A DNA stretch of 64,000 bases from a virus. A program made the position numbers and the translations under genes. Below, piece after piece: positions 48,737 through 59,633 of this stretch. The notes beneath the pieces were generated by a model that ran no database searches, was not told the origin of the DNA, and was given only the letters and a program-made list of their open reading frames with translations. Within the stretch, counting starts at the first letter, position 1, and the number at the start of each line of letters is the position of its first letter. The stretch lies in IMG/VR virus record IMGVR_UViG_3300044732_000643, positions 6,726 through 70,725 of that record; one strand, given 5' to 3'.

Positions 48737-51700
48737 AATAACTGAAAAGCAGGTACTCAATATATATACTGATATCTATGAGGAATTAAAAGTAGGAATG
48801 GACAACCCGTCTGTCCCTGCTTTTGACATATCATCATACATGAAAGATCTTTATGATGATATGGTAGACACTTCTGACCCAGATTCAGTACAGAAAACAA
48901 TACTTACTATACAAGCTGTTCCTGATATCTATCTACAGGTAGCTTTAAGAGAGGATGTTAAAAGTTATATTCTTAAGACTCGTAAATTAAAGGAGTCCCA
49001 TATGGATATCATGCAGATGTCTAAGGATTTTGAAGATACCAATACAGTATCCAAATTTCTTACAACAGCTAAGGTATCTAAGAAATATGTAGAGGCTGCC
49101 ATCAAGGTTTCCAATATGGCTAAAGGTCGTATGAAGGTTATTAATGACATTGCCATGATCATTAATGAAGTATTGATGTGGAGTGCCGCAACTGGTAGAA
49201 GAAAACCTATATCTGCATGGACACTTACTGGTCAAGAGTTTATTCCTATCAATCCAGAAGGTGCTACAGATGAAGAGAGAAATGCTATAATTGATGAGTC
49301 TCAAGTGATGGCTTATAAAGTTATCCGTGAGATTGTTGCTGCTGTACAAAGCGGTACATCAAAAGGTGATGAAGTACTTTACCGTGGTATTCCTATAATG
49401 ATTCAAGCTATTCCAAGTGAGGATATTGACATCCAATACTTTGATGACTCTACTCAAAAGAACTATGCTGAGAATAAGATTATTAATGGTGTTCCCTTTA
49501 GAAGATTACATGCTGAGGGTGTTAATGCTGTAATGTCTGATACTGAAGGTAATATACTTTACTTTGATGAAGAGGGTAATATTACTGACCAAGAGTCAGG
49601 AGGAAGACCAGTACTTCAAGGATTTAGAAAAGTTACTGTAGATAAGAAAACAGGAAAGCTTCTGTTAACTAACAAAGATAATTATGCCACAGTACTTGTG
49701 TCTCCTAAAGAGATTGCTGACAGGGCCAAAGCAGACGCTGAAGCTAAAGGTATTGAATTTACTCAATCTCAGTATGACTATATAGTAAAAAGGCAAGAAG
49801 AAAGAATAGAAAAGGAAGTGAATGATCTCTATCTTCTTAGAGAAAAAACTCTAAGCCGTACAGGTGAACCTATACTACTACCTATTACAGGAGGAACCTT
49901 TGGTATTGTTGAGGCTAAATTTATAGATATGTCAGAGACTTCAATTAAGTCAGAAGACATAGGTGAAATGCATACAGATAATATCAAGGGTGAAGGTGCG
50001 GGTTTGACTTACATTACTTTAAAGAATGGGAATCCTTCTGACCGTGTATATCTGCAAAGAGCAAACATGCCTGAAGATCTTATTGATAAGATTGTGAATG
50101 TACTTTTTACAGATGCCAAGCTTAAAGGAGGTAAGACATTAAGTGCAAAACAAAGAAGAGACTTTGCTAAGATATTCTTAGGACCAAATCCTACATTAGG
50201 AGCGGGATATAAGGTCACTCCAGTCTATATAAATCTTCCTATAATTGATGGTATAGAAACTTTAGAGATTAGTATAAACGGTATGTATCTAGATCTTGAA
50301 GAAGAAGGTTCAGATGAAATACTAAGAGAAGCTCTTAAGGAACAGATTAAAGGAACAAGAGATACATTCAGTGCACCTTTAAATTACTCTTCAGACTATG
50401 TAAATAAAGATTTCATAGACTATGAGATTAATGGAGATAAGATAACAACAAAAGAAGTTGACTACTTTACTTTTATTAAACCCTTTATTAAAATTCTATA
50501 CACTCAAGAGTCTGCTCCATATATACAAGCCCGCAATGCTTATTTGAGTTATGCTATTCCAACTGATGTTCTTTCTGATATAGAGATAGAAGAGAAGGAA
50601 GAAGAAGCACCGGCAGTGAAAGGTAAGATTACAAAGACTGCTGAAAAGGATACAACAGAAGAGGAAGATGTAACGGAAAACATTGGAAAGATTACTTTCT
50701 CAGAGCACAAGACTGCAGGATATGCTCCAGTAAAGCAAGCTGTAATTGCTATGGCAGACTTAGTGCTAGCATTCAATCCTGCAAATGTTACAGGTGGTTC
50801 TAATACAGTTACACAGAATGCAGTAGATAGCACTGGTAAACCATACTTTCCTCAAACCTTTAGTAAACGTGGTGGGAAGCTTGAATTAACACCAGCTGCT
50901 ATTAATAATCTAGTAATTCAAATTAATGCATCCCCAGGCGGAGTGCTTACTATTACAGGTGGAGATATTACTGCACTAAAAGGTTATACTCAAGATGTAC
51001 TAGATAATTTTATGTACAATACTCTTAAAGCTGTTGTAGAATCTAGTAATCTTAAATTAGAAATTACAAATGTTATTACCACAGGTCAGACAGGTATTGA
51101 AGAAGCTGCTACAAAAGCTGCTGCTAGATTAGGTCTTGAGACTAAAGTAGTAGCACCAAAAGATTGGTGGACTAAAGAAATGTCTAAGCCTGTAAATAAG
51201 TTTGCTAAAGGTAAAAAGGCTGCCCCAGATAGACGTTCAAAGGAAACTAAGTTCAAGGCTAGATTTAAGACTAAAGCAACTCCATCAAAAACTGCAGCTA
51301 AAACGGTTGCTAAAACAAAAGAAGTTCTTTCAGAGGAAGACAGAAAAATATTAAGTGAGAGTGCTATTAATTTCAGTGGCTTTAATAGATCAATGAGTGT
51401 AGCATCTTTCTTTGATAAATACTTTGTTACTGAAGCGGATAAAAAGAGAGCTGACAACTGGTGGAGTAATTCCCCTTTGTCTACAGCAAAAGATAAAGAG
51501 GGTAACCTGCTTATTCCTGTTACTGTAATTACTGAGATACTAAACTCTGATGCATTTGCAACATGGTCACGTGCAGGTATTACATTAAATCAAGCTGATG
51601 GTGGTACATCTGTTGACCTTTATCACGAAGCATGGCATGCATTCTCTCAGTTGTACTTGAGTATAGATGAGAAGACGGCACTATATGAAGCAATGAGAAA

Positions 51701-54700
51701 GTCTCCTAAGTGGGCTAATGCAGAATTCATAGATATAGAAGAAGCAATAGCGGAAGACTTCAGAGACTTCATGCTTGGTAAGACTAAGCCTAAAGGTATC
51801 ATTGGAAGAATCTTTGATAGAATTGCAAGAGCCATAAGATTACTATTTGGTAAGCTTACAAAGAGAGACCTCACTAGACCAAGAGACATAGCTGAAGTAA
51901 AAGGATACTTTGATGCATTGTACAAAGGTGACATCAACCATCTTACTCCGGCTATAGAAAATGTAATGCCTGAGTTCAATGTACTCAACAGATCTAAAGC
52001 TATTGAAGTTATAAAATCTGAAAGTAAAAACTACAGTCCATTTACCATTGATGACTCTAAGAGAGCCGTAGATGCAATGGATAGTATCATGGCGGATGTT
52101 TTCTTAGACTATAACGCGTATTTTAAAACAACAGCTGGTGTTTCAAGAATTTTGAATGATGGTTTAAATAGAGAAAAAACTTATGCAAAAATACTTGAAA
52201 GGCTAATACTTAAAAGAGACATAGCTCAAAGAGAACTCAAAGAACTAGCTTCTGAGAATAGACAAAGTGATACTCCAGATCTAGATACTCAAGCTGTACT
52301 TTCTGATAATGTCTTGCTCTTAAGCAAAATGGTAGACAATTTTGGAGACATAGATATTTCTCTAAAAGGTAAAGAAAAGAAAGGTCTTGTTGCTTACCAT
52401 ATTAATAACACAAGATTTAATGTATTAAAAGATACCTATGTAGAAGTAGATGAAGATGAAGCTGCTATAGATTCTGTAGGTCAGATTATCCCATCTACAG
52501 AAGGTAATACTAAATCATCTAAAGAACTAGCTTCAGAAGATACCCTAATGCTTATCTCAAGTATCTTCAAAGTAGACAAAAATAAAGACGGTACCTTTAC
52601 TAGAGTACAGGATAAACTAGGTTTTGATATCCTTGAGTCTAAAGATATCATGTGGAATAAGCTAGCAAGAACACTTGCCGGTTCACTCACTGATGAGGAA
52701 ATCTATGTTAAGCTGATGGAATATTCAAAAAACTATCCAGAGTTTAACCAACTGATGGAGATGTTACATAATCCTCTATCAAGCGAATCCTATAAAAGTA
52801 CAGCTGAGTTCAATACTACAACAAGATTTTGGCAAGATTTTAAAAAGCCAAGAATCCCATATGTACAATTGAACATTACTAAAAGACAAGTAGCTTCATT
52901 AGAGGAAGGTATCCCTGATAAAACAGAGTTCTCATCTAGTATAGTAAATGCAAACTTTGATGTTTATGCTGTATTCAAAGTATGGTCTGCTAACTTCCAA
53001 CTAGCTGACCCTTCTCCTAATAATTTTATCACCAAGGATAAGTTATCAAACATATTAGACATTGATTTGATTATTTCTGAATTTAGTAAAGGTGATAAAT
53101 TTGATTTTAAAAGATCATTTGAGTTTCTTGAAGCTCTTGGAATTACCTTAGATAGAACAAGTGCTGAGATCAGCGCTATGATGGAAAAGTCTGGTTTTGC
53201 AAAAGTGTATGGAGTAGATTATATCTTCAGCTTGCTCAAGATGATCAACAAAGCTGCTAAGTCAGATGATCTTAAAAAAGTAGCAGCTGCTAAAGAGTTC
53301 AGCCGTAATCCTATTAAGTACTTGATGGATGGTTTACCTGAAGACTTAAGAGAGAGTGCTGAGAATGCAGAGGATGTAAGAACAAGACTAAGAGAATTAG
53401 CTGAGATAAACATTAAGTTCTCTGATAACTATGCTAACTTTAGTGTACTTAGTCCTGAGAGAAACCGTGTTTGGGAACACTTCTTAGACAGTACACTTAC
53501 CCGTACAATGGGTGCCCTAAACAAGGCAAAAAGCTTTAAGTATCTGATTGATGAAGATGAGCAAGAGTTTGATGTAGATGGTGACTTCAGACACATGCGT
53601 TGGTTGAGAGATTCAAACAATCCACATATCAAGCATAGTGTTAATATGAACTCTATCTTCTATATGGATCCAATGAATAGCAAGTTTGGAGAGAGAAGAA
53701 GAGTAAGTGATGAAGGATTTAATGAGCTAGAAGTAATCAACGTAGCGGGTACTCAGGTATTAGAAGAAGGTAGCTTAACTCCAGAAGATGGTGTATCTAC
53801 AAGTTCTGCTGATGCAACTACTAAGTTCCTACAAGAAATGAATACTATGTTGTTACGTGGTGTTCAGGAGTTCATGCGTCACGCATCTAAGTCTATGGCT
53901 CAAGGTATCAGAGCTAGAAAAGTAGACACTGCTAACTTTGATAATCCAGGAAAAGAAACAGACTATCTTTATGTAGACATTGCTGATTTCCGTCCTGCCC
54001 GTAGAGGTGAGGGTGAACTAGAAGCATTTGATATTATCAAAGGTTATGTAGCTGGTGAGCTTGAAAGAATCCAGAGATTTAAAGCTAATCTCAAAGATGA
54101 TAGTATCACAGATACAGAATTGCAGATGAAGAACTGGGCTGGTTACAATAGAAAAGTCAGAAAGAAAGACGGGACTATTGTAATGGCAGGTGAAGTATTT
54201 ACAGCATTTGATGATGTTCTTACTGAAGACACTAAAGAAATGCTTTATGATATAGATGGAGATTTACTTGAGGCTTTAGATGAAAATGATGATCTGTATC
54301 AAGCTTTAAAAAATGATGTAGATAACTATTTTGACAAGCAAACTAAAATCAATCTAGATGTTTTAAGTAAAGCTAGATATGTTGATCCAGCTTTGACTGA
54401 GGTTGCTACACAAGAAGGTTTGACAAGAAAGCAAGTTGATGAAATCTTAATTAAAGCCTATACATACAACTCTTGGATTCATAACTATGAGTCAGTGATT
54501 CTTACTTACGGAGACTTAGCTCAGTATAACCATGAGAAAGAAGAGTTCCATAAGCGTAATGCAGGTATGACAGCTCCAGGAAGAGGTTTTAGAGCTGACC
54601 AAAGAGCAAGAGACTATATCAACAGCTCACTCTTCCCTAGACTTTATGCTCAGAAGAAAGGGTATAACATTAGAAACTATGATGGTAGAATACACACAGC

Positions 54701-57700
54701 TATCATTAAAGAGAAAACGCTTAACTCAATCATGTATGATGAGTACAAAGAAACTCTTTATCAAGATATCTTAACCCGTCTTAAGGATAACAAGACTATT
54801 AAGAACAAAAAAGACTATGCTAAGAAGCTTTCAGAAACTGAAGCTAAGGCATACTTAGGCATGGAAGAAGGTGATGGTCAGGGACATGTTACTCTAGAGT
54901 CTTACCGCATGCTTAAGACTTTGGAGGGTAACTGGACTGATGAACAAGAAGAGCTATATAAAAGAATTGTAAACGGTGATAAGCTATCAGTAGAAGATAT
55001 CATTGAATACTTCCCACCTTATAAGTTACAGTACTTTGGAAACATAGACACAAAAGGTTTGTCTGTTACATCATTCCATAAGTTCTCATTAGCCCCACTT
55101 ATTCCTTCTGTAACAGGATCAGCAAAACTATCTGCGCTACATGACAAGATGATGAAGGACAATGTAGACTATGTAGTCTTTCAGTCAGGTTCTAAAGTAG
55201 GACACATTGCACCAGACGGAAAGGGTGATACTATCTTTGATGAAAATGGTGATCTAATTAAAGACTCTAAGTTTACAGTAAATAAAGTATTCTCTGAGTT
55301 CTTGAAGAATCAGACAGAACTTAACAGTACATATAAAGAGAAGTCTATCTTCTCTACTCAGTTACGTAAGTTGATCCTTGAGGGTCTTTATGAGAGAGGT
55401 GTAATACAGTCTACTGATGAGACTCAGATTACTAGTGATAAAGTAAAGCGCTACATTGATAATGTCTTTGAGTACACTAATATTCTTAAAGTAGAATTAC
55501 TAGAGAAGATTGGTTATGATGAGAAGACCGTAGATGGTAAACTTGTCTATACACCTAGAGATAAAAAGAGCACAGAAAAACTAGCTGAACTTATTCGCCA
55601 GGAACTTGAGAGAGATGACACATTGGGTGACCACTTGATTGAAGGCTTTATAGATGTAACTGAAGATGGTTCATTGAGAAATGACTTATCACTACACCCT
55701 GAAGCACCGAAGATTGAGAAGTTGTTACTATCTGTAATCAACAAGAAAATCATCAAGCAGAAAGTAAAAGGTGAGCCATTGGTTCAGGTATCTGCTGCTA
55801 TGTATGAAGGAGTGTTTGGAAGTCCTATTGCTGATCTTACTAATGCTACAGAAGCACAGAAGAAAAAATACAAAGGGTCTAACTTCCTGCCAACATACCA
55901 TAGAAAAATTATTGACCTTGATGCATTATACAAAAATGCAAGTAAGGAAAGTCTAAAGGCAGCTTTAAAAACTAAAGAAAGGATACAAGAGGAACAGTCA
56001 GCTTATTGGACTCCTACCCATCAACAAGCTCTTAGAGATGAGATACAGTATCTAAAAGATGTCATTGCAGGTAGAAAACCAAAAGTTACTACAACAACAG
56101 ACGGTACTACAGCAGCTATGAAAGTTATGGTTGCCTTACAAGGTGACTTTAACTATCTGTTGAACCTAGAGCATAATGATGGAGAAGAGATTGGTACTAT
56201 TGACCGTCTCAATGAAATGATTAAAGAAGACTCTTGGTTAGATAAAGGTACTAACAGACAAGCAGTAACTATGGCTGCTGTGAGAATTCCAGTACAGGGT
56301 CTTAACTCTATGGAATTTATGGAGGTGTATCACTTCCTTCCACCAGAAGCCGGGAATATTATTATACCACCATCTGAGATTGTTGCTAAATCAGGAGCTG
56401 ACTTTGATATTGATAAGTTGACTACGTTTATGCCCAACATATCTGAGGACGGTACTGTAAAAGGTAGACTACTTAAAAAAGGTAAAACTAAAGAAGAGAG
56501 CATTCAGATTCTAAAAGATGCCGTAGCTGAAGCTAGAAAGAATAAAGAGTCTCACACTGAGATTATCAAAGCTCAGAAAGCTGCATTAGAGAATGAACTC
56601 ATAGAAGACATCAAAAACATTCTTGAGCTTCCACAGAACTACCCTTCATTGATTAGACCAAACGGTACTTATATTCTAAAGCCAATTGCAGATGAGCTTG
56701 CTCAATATGTGATGGAGTATGACCCTTATAAGAACATGTCTTCTGATTCACCAAACTACAAAAACGTAGATGAGAATGGGGTAAAGACAGTTAAAAAGGT
56801 CATTAGTCCTACGCGTGTTCTAGAATCTGGATACAACATATACAAGCATGAGTCTAATGAGATTGGTAAGAAAACCCTTGGTCTTGGAGCTATAGAAAAC
56901 ACATTTAATGTAATCATGAATTCATTAGATGCTAAGATGCCGGCTACATACCTGCAGGGTAAAAGTAAGACACCAAGAAAGATGGAGTTACTCCTTAGAC
57001 ACCACACTACAATTAATAAAGATGGTGATGAAGTAATATCAATAGCTAGTAGATATGATGTAGATAATGTACACAAAGTAGCTGACTTGTTCTCCCAGTC
57101 TATCAATGGATGGGTGGATGTTGAGAAAGATGCATGGATCTTCTTTATCCAAGGAAACTATGAGCTTGCTTCAACAACGCTATACCTAATTAAAGCTGGG
57201 GTACCTGTAAAAGAAGCTATCTTCTTTGTTTCACAACCACTAGTTAGAGAGTATGTAAAAGAACAAAGACAAGGTAATAGTACATTTGCTGAACCACTTG
57301 GTAAAAAATCTGATTCAAAAAGCAATGTAAAGAAGGATGCTGCTTACCGTGTAATGAAAAAAGCATTTGATACTCCTATAACTAGTGATAAATACTATGC
57401 TCAGAGACGTGCTCTTTCAGATAAATACTTTGGAGAAAAAGATAGAAACTTCAATGAGGCAGAAATGTTAGAGCTTATTAAAAATTCTCAAGTGCGTCAG
57501 GGTAAGATTGAAGCTGAATTTTTTGACAAAAACGGAAGAATGCCGTTAGAAGCTGAACTAGAAAAACTAGTAAAAAAGGCTCAGACAGCTGCCAATAAAA
57601 TAAAGTATAGTGGATTATCTCAACTTATGTTCTTGCACTTCCTAGAGATAGAACAACAGATTGAAGGTCTTACAAAATTAAAGATAAACTCAAACCCTGA

Positions 57701-59633
57701 TACAAAAACTGATTCAACGGGTGCTGATGTAGAATTAACTGAGTCTGCAAGAAAAGATCTTGAAGATGATACTAAGATTGACCAAGATTTAAGAACAGCC
57801 TTAAGGTATGACTCGGTAACTAGTGCAATGTATAATAATGATCTTATACTAGCTTTGCTGCAACCTTTGATGCCATTAAGATATCACCCTAATTTATCTG
57901 AATGGATTGTTACAAATCTTAAAATGTTCAAAAGCAATGTAGACAATACTTTTGGGTCAGGGAAAATTGCACAAATGATTGGAACCTTTAGAAATGATCT
58001 AGTGAGTATGCTTCTTCAGAATGCATTGAGAAAGTTTAATCTAGGTCCAGCTTACAAAGGTTACAACACAAGCACAAAAATTCCTGTAAATCTAGTAGAC
58101 AACTTGAAGTTTGGTGCTTATGTAAAGAAAAATGATCAAGGTCAGGACACTCTTTACATTGATGAGATGCAGTTGCGTCAAGACTTTGAGTATGGTTTAT
58201 GGAAAGAAGGTTCTGAGTTTGAGGGTTCATATGAAGATAGAGGCTTATACGCACTAGATTCATCATACTTTAAGTCTAATGGAACTACTAACATAGCAGA
58301 GTATTATGCTTTTGTAGCTGAGAGAGAATACCTGAGATCTATTTACTCTACAGAAGAGATTAGTAAGACTGCTGAATTTAACAGTGAGCTAAGAGGAATA
58401 AAGATTACTAAACCTGAGTTAGATAAAGTTGCTCAAGCAAGATATGCTTATGAGAAGATACTAGCTATGAAGGCCCTGGATAACACTTACAATCCTCATA
58501 AGATGTTTAAAGATCCAGAGAATGCATATGCTGTTAAATTCAAAGAGTTAATGCAAAGAGATGAAGAGGTGTACGGAGGAAAACTTAAAAAAGAATATCC
58601 GGTACTTAGCAGACTAATGCTAGATACTAACTCTACAGAAAGTGTATTTAACTTGTATCTGAATGAGAAGGACTTTACCAACTCTTTGTCTAATCTTTAT
58701 AATAAGAACTTTGCTGACCTTGCTAATCCAGGAGTAGTTAAAGTAGCTGATCCAGAAGAAAACAAATTAATAAGTGATTTCTTCTCAAGAATGCCATTGA
58801 TGTCTTTGATGCAAACTGGACTTAACAAAACTAAGATGAACTTCAATAATGTAGTTCCTTTAGAATTGTATACTGACCTCATGAGAGATCAAGGTGACAT
58901 GTTCATGGATATTCTTGATGATGAAGAAAAAGTTGATACTTTACTAAATAGATTTTTTAATCTGTTTATTAATCAAAACAACATGCTTAATTCAGAGAAG
59001 AGCAGATTTAAAGAGCTTTTCTTTGTAAATGATCTTGAGAATATCCCACGTCCAAAAGAAGCAAGGAAGAAAAAGGAGCCAAGAAGCAACTATATAAAAG
59101 CTACCAATACACCTAATCTTTATATTTATTTAGATTCAGAAGAAGAATATAAGGAGATGGTTGCTAAACATCCAGATATTGTTTTTGTAGCTAACTCACC
59201 AAGAGCTTTGATGACAGATAAAACAAAGATCTTTGAAGGTCAATCAAGACTGAGTAAGATTGATGAGTCAATGACTATACTTTTCCCTACTTCTAATTTA
59301 GCATTAAATGATAACTTTACAGGAGTAAAATCTAAGGCGTTTTTTGCAGTAAAAGGATTGTTTGAGGATGCTATAGAGGAGATACAACATGACTTGTCTA
59401 GAGGTGTTAAGATAGCATTCCCTAAGACTGGATTTGGTGATGTACGCTTGATGCCTAAAGAATTATTTGTATATTTAAGTAAAAGACTCTATGAGGAGTT
59501 TGGATATGTGAATCCGGGTTCTACCATGTATGCAGAAGTTGTAGAGATGATAGCGGAAGAACAAGGTATCAGTGATGCTGAAATAGAGTTTAATTTTGAT
59601 GAGGAGAATAATCCCTTTAAATGTAAGATATAA
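48726..59633 (+). CDS. Virion-packaged single-chain double-psi-barrel RNA polymerase (phi14:2 gp66-like) fused to SLOG-like and zincin domains
   Basis: 3635 aa; VRIP...SGADFDIDKL (DFDID at 56400-56414), DGQG, HKFSLAPL, SGSKVG, STQLRKLI; HEAWH at 51624-51638 with downstream EEAIAEDF; TGQTGIEEAA. Confidence 0.85.
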   Translation: MACKITEKQVLNIYTDIYEELKVGMDNPSVPAFDISSYMKDLYDDMVDTSDPDSVQKTILTIQAVPDIYLQVALREDVKSYILKTRKLKESHMDIMQMSKDFEDTNTVSKFLTTAKVSKKYVEAAIKVSNMAKGRMKVINDIAMIINEVLMWSAATGRRKPISAWTLTGQEFIPINPEGATDEERNAIIDESQVMAYKVIREIVAAVQSGTSKGDEVLYRGIPIMIQAIPSEDIDIQYFDDSTQKNYAENKIINGVPFRRLHAEGVNAVMSDTEGNILYFDEEGNITDQESGGRPVLQGFRKVTVDKKTGKLLLTNKDNYATVLVSPKEIADRAKADAEAKGIEFTQSQYDYIVKRQEERIEKEVNDLYLLREKTLSRTGEPILLPITGGTFGIVEAKFIDMSETSIKSEDIGEMHTDNIKGEGAGLTYITLKNGNPSDRVYLQRANMPEDLIDKIVNVLFTDAKLKGGKTLSAKQRRDFAKIFLGPNPTLGAGYKVTPVYINLPIIDGIETLEISINGMYLDLEEEGSDEILREALKEQIKGTRDTFSAPLNYSSDYVNKDFIDYEINGDKITTKEVDYFTFIKPFIKILYTQESAPYIQARNAYLSYAIPTDVLSDIEIEEKEEEAPAVKGKITKTAEKDTTEEEDVTENIGKITFSEHKTAGYAPVKQAVIAMADLVLAFNPANVTGGSNTVTQNAVDSTGKPYFPQTFSKRGGKLELTPAAINNLVIQINASPGGVLTITGGDITALKGYTQDVLDNFMYNTLKAVVESSNLKLEITNVITTGQTGIEEAATKAAARLGLETKVVAPKDWWTKEMSKPVNKFAKGKKAAPDRRSKETKFKARFKTKATPSKTAAKTVAKTKEVLSEEDRKILSESAINFSGFNRSMSVASFFDKYFVTEADKKRADNWWSNSPLSTAKDKEGNLLIPVTVITEILNSDAFATWSRAGITLNQADGGTSVDLYHEAWHAFSQLYLSIDEKTALYEAMRKSPKWANAEFIDIEEAIAEDFRDFMLGKTKPKGIIGRIFDRIARAIRLLFGKLTKRDLTRPRDIAEVKGYFDALYKGDINHLTPAIENVMPEFNVLNRSKAIEVIKSESKNYSPFTIDDSKRAVDAMDSIMADVFLDYNAYFKTTAGVSRILNDGLNREKTYAKILERLILKRDIAQRELKELASENRQSDTPDLDTQAVLSDNVLLLSKMVDNFGDIDISLKGKEKKGLVAYHINNTRFNVLKDTYVEVDEDEAAIDSVGQIIPSTEGNTKSSKELASEDTLMLISSIFKVDKNKDGTFTRVQDKLGFDILESKDIMWNKLARTLAGSLTDEEIYVKLMEYSKNYPEFNQLMEMLHNPLSSESYKSTAEFNTTTRFWQDFKKPRIPYVQLNITKRQVASLEEGIPDKTEFSSSIVNANFDVYAVFKVWSANFQLADPSPNNFITKDKLSNILDIDLIISEFSKGDKFDFKRSFEFLEALGITLDRTSAEISAMMEKSGFAKVYGVDYIFSLLKMINKAAKSDDLKKVAAAKEFSRNPIKYLMDGLPEDLRESAENAEDVRTRLRELAEINIKFSDNYANFSVLSPERNRVWEHFLDSTLTRTMGALNKAKSFKYLIDEDEQEFDVDGDFRHMRWLRDSNNPHIKHSVNMNSIFYMDPMNSKFGERRRVSDEGFNELEVINVAGTQVLEEGSLTPEDGVSTSSADATTKFLQEMNTMLLRGVQEFMRHASKSMAQGIRARKVDTANFDNPGKETDYLYVDIADFRPARRGEGELEAFDIIKGYVAGELERIQRFKANLKDDSITDTELQMKNWAGYNRKVRKKDGTIVMAGEVFTAFDDVLTEDTKEMLYDIDGDLLEALDENDDLYQALKNDVDNYFDKQTKINLDVLSKARYVDPALTEVATQEGLTRKQVDEILIKAYTYNSWIHNYESVILTYGDLAQYNHEKEEFHKRNAGMTAPGRGFRADQRARDYINSSLFPRLYAQKKGYNIRNYDGRIHTAIIKEKTLNSIMYDEYKETLYQDILTRLKDNKTIKNKKDYAKKLSETEAKAYLGMEEGDGQGHVTLESYRMLKTLEGNWTDEQEELYKRIVNGDKLSVEDIIEYFPPYKLQYFGNIDTKGLSVTSFHKFSLAPLIPSVTGSAKLSALHDKMMKDNVDYVVFQSGSKVGHIAPDGKGDTIFDENGDLIKDSKFTVNKVFSEFLKNQTELNSTYKEKSIFSTQLRKLILEGLYERGVIQSTDETQITSDKVKRYIDNVFEYTNILKVELLEKIGYDEKTVDGKLVYTPRDKKSTEKLAELIRQELERDDTLGDHLIEGFIDVTEDGSLRNDLSLHPEAPKIEKLLLSVINKKIIKQKVKGEPLVQVSAAMYEGVFGSPIADLTNATEAQKKKYKGSNFLPTYHRKIIDLDALYKNASKESLKAALKTKERIQEEQSAYWTPTHQQALRDEIQYLKDVIAGRKPKVTTTTDGTTAAMKVMVALQGDFNYLLNLEHNDGEEIGTIDRLNEMIKEDSWLDKGTNRQAVTMAAVRIPVQGLNSMEFMEVYHFLPPEAGNIIIPPSEIVAKSGADFDIDKLTTFMPNISEDGTVKGRLLKKGKTKEESIQILKDAVAEARKNKESHTEIIKAQKAALENELIEDIKNILELPQNYPSLIRPNGTYILKPIADELAQYVMEYDPYKNMSSDSPNYKNVDENGVKTVKKVISPTRVLESGYNIYKHESNEIGKKTLGLGAIENTFNVIMNSLDAKMPATYLQGKSKTPRKMELLLRHHTTINKDGDEVISIASRYDVDNVHKVADLFSQSINGWVDVEKDAWIFFIQGNYELASTTLYLIKAGVPVKEAIFFVSQPLVREYVKEQRQGNSTFAEPLGKKSDSKSNVKKDAAYRVMKKAFDTPITSDKYYAQRRALSDKYFGEKDRNFNEAEMLELIKNSQVRQGKIEAEFFDKNGRMPLEAELEKLVKKAQTAANKIKYSGLSQLMFLHFLEIEQQIEGLTKLKINSNPDTKTDSTGADVELTESARKDLEDDTKIDQDLRTALRYDSVTSAMYNNDLILALLQPLMPLRYHPNLSEWIVTNLKMFKSNVDNTFGSGKIAQMIGTFRNDLVSMLLQNALRKFNLGPAYKGYNTSTKIPVNLVDNLKFGAYVKKNDQGQDTLYIDEMQLRQDFEYGLWKEGSEFEGSYEDRGLYALDSSYFKSNGTTNIAEYYAFVAEREYLRSIYSTEEISKTAEFNSELRGIKITKPELDKVAQARYAYEKILAMKALDNTYNPHKMFKDPENAYAVKFKELMQRDEEVYGGKLKKEYPVLSRLMLDTNSTESVFNLYLNEKDFTNSLSNLYNKNFADLANPGVVKVADPEENKLISDFFSRMPLMSLMQTGLNKTKMNFNNVVPLELYTDLMRDQGDMFMDILDDEEKVDTLLNRFFNLFINQNNMLNSEKSRFKELFFVNDLENIPRPKEARKKKEPRSNYIKATNTPNLYIYLDSEEEYKEMVAKHPDIVFVANSPRALMTDKTKIFEGQSRLSKIDESMTILFPTSNLALNDNFTGVKSKAFFAVKGLFEDAIEEIQHDLSRGVKIAFPKTGFGDVRLMPKELFVYLSKRLYEEFGYVNPGSTMYAEVVEMIAEEQGISDAEIEFNFDEENNPFKCKI
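59447..59478 (+). promoter_or_regulatory. Possible internal promoter CTTG-N19-TATATTTAA
   Basis: Same motif family, inside the RNAP gene ~155 nt upstream of ATG 59633; could be a codon coincidence (FVYL). Confidence 0.3.

Noticed and set aside
48726-59633. Intein or self-splicing intron in the RNAP or other giant genes
   Set aside because: Frames are continuous; no internal Cys-start/HN-C intein pattern or LAGLIDADG/HNH motif seen
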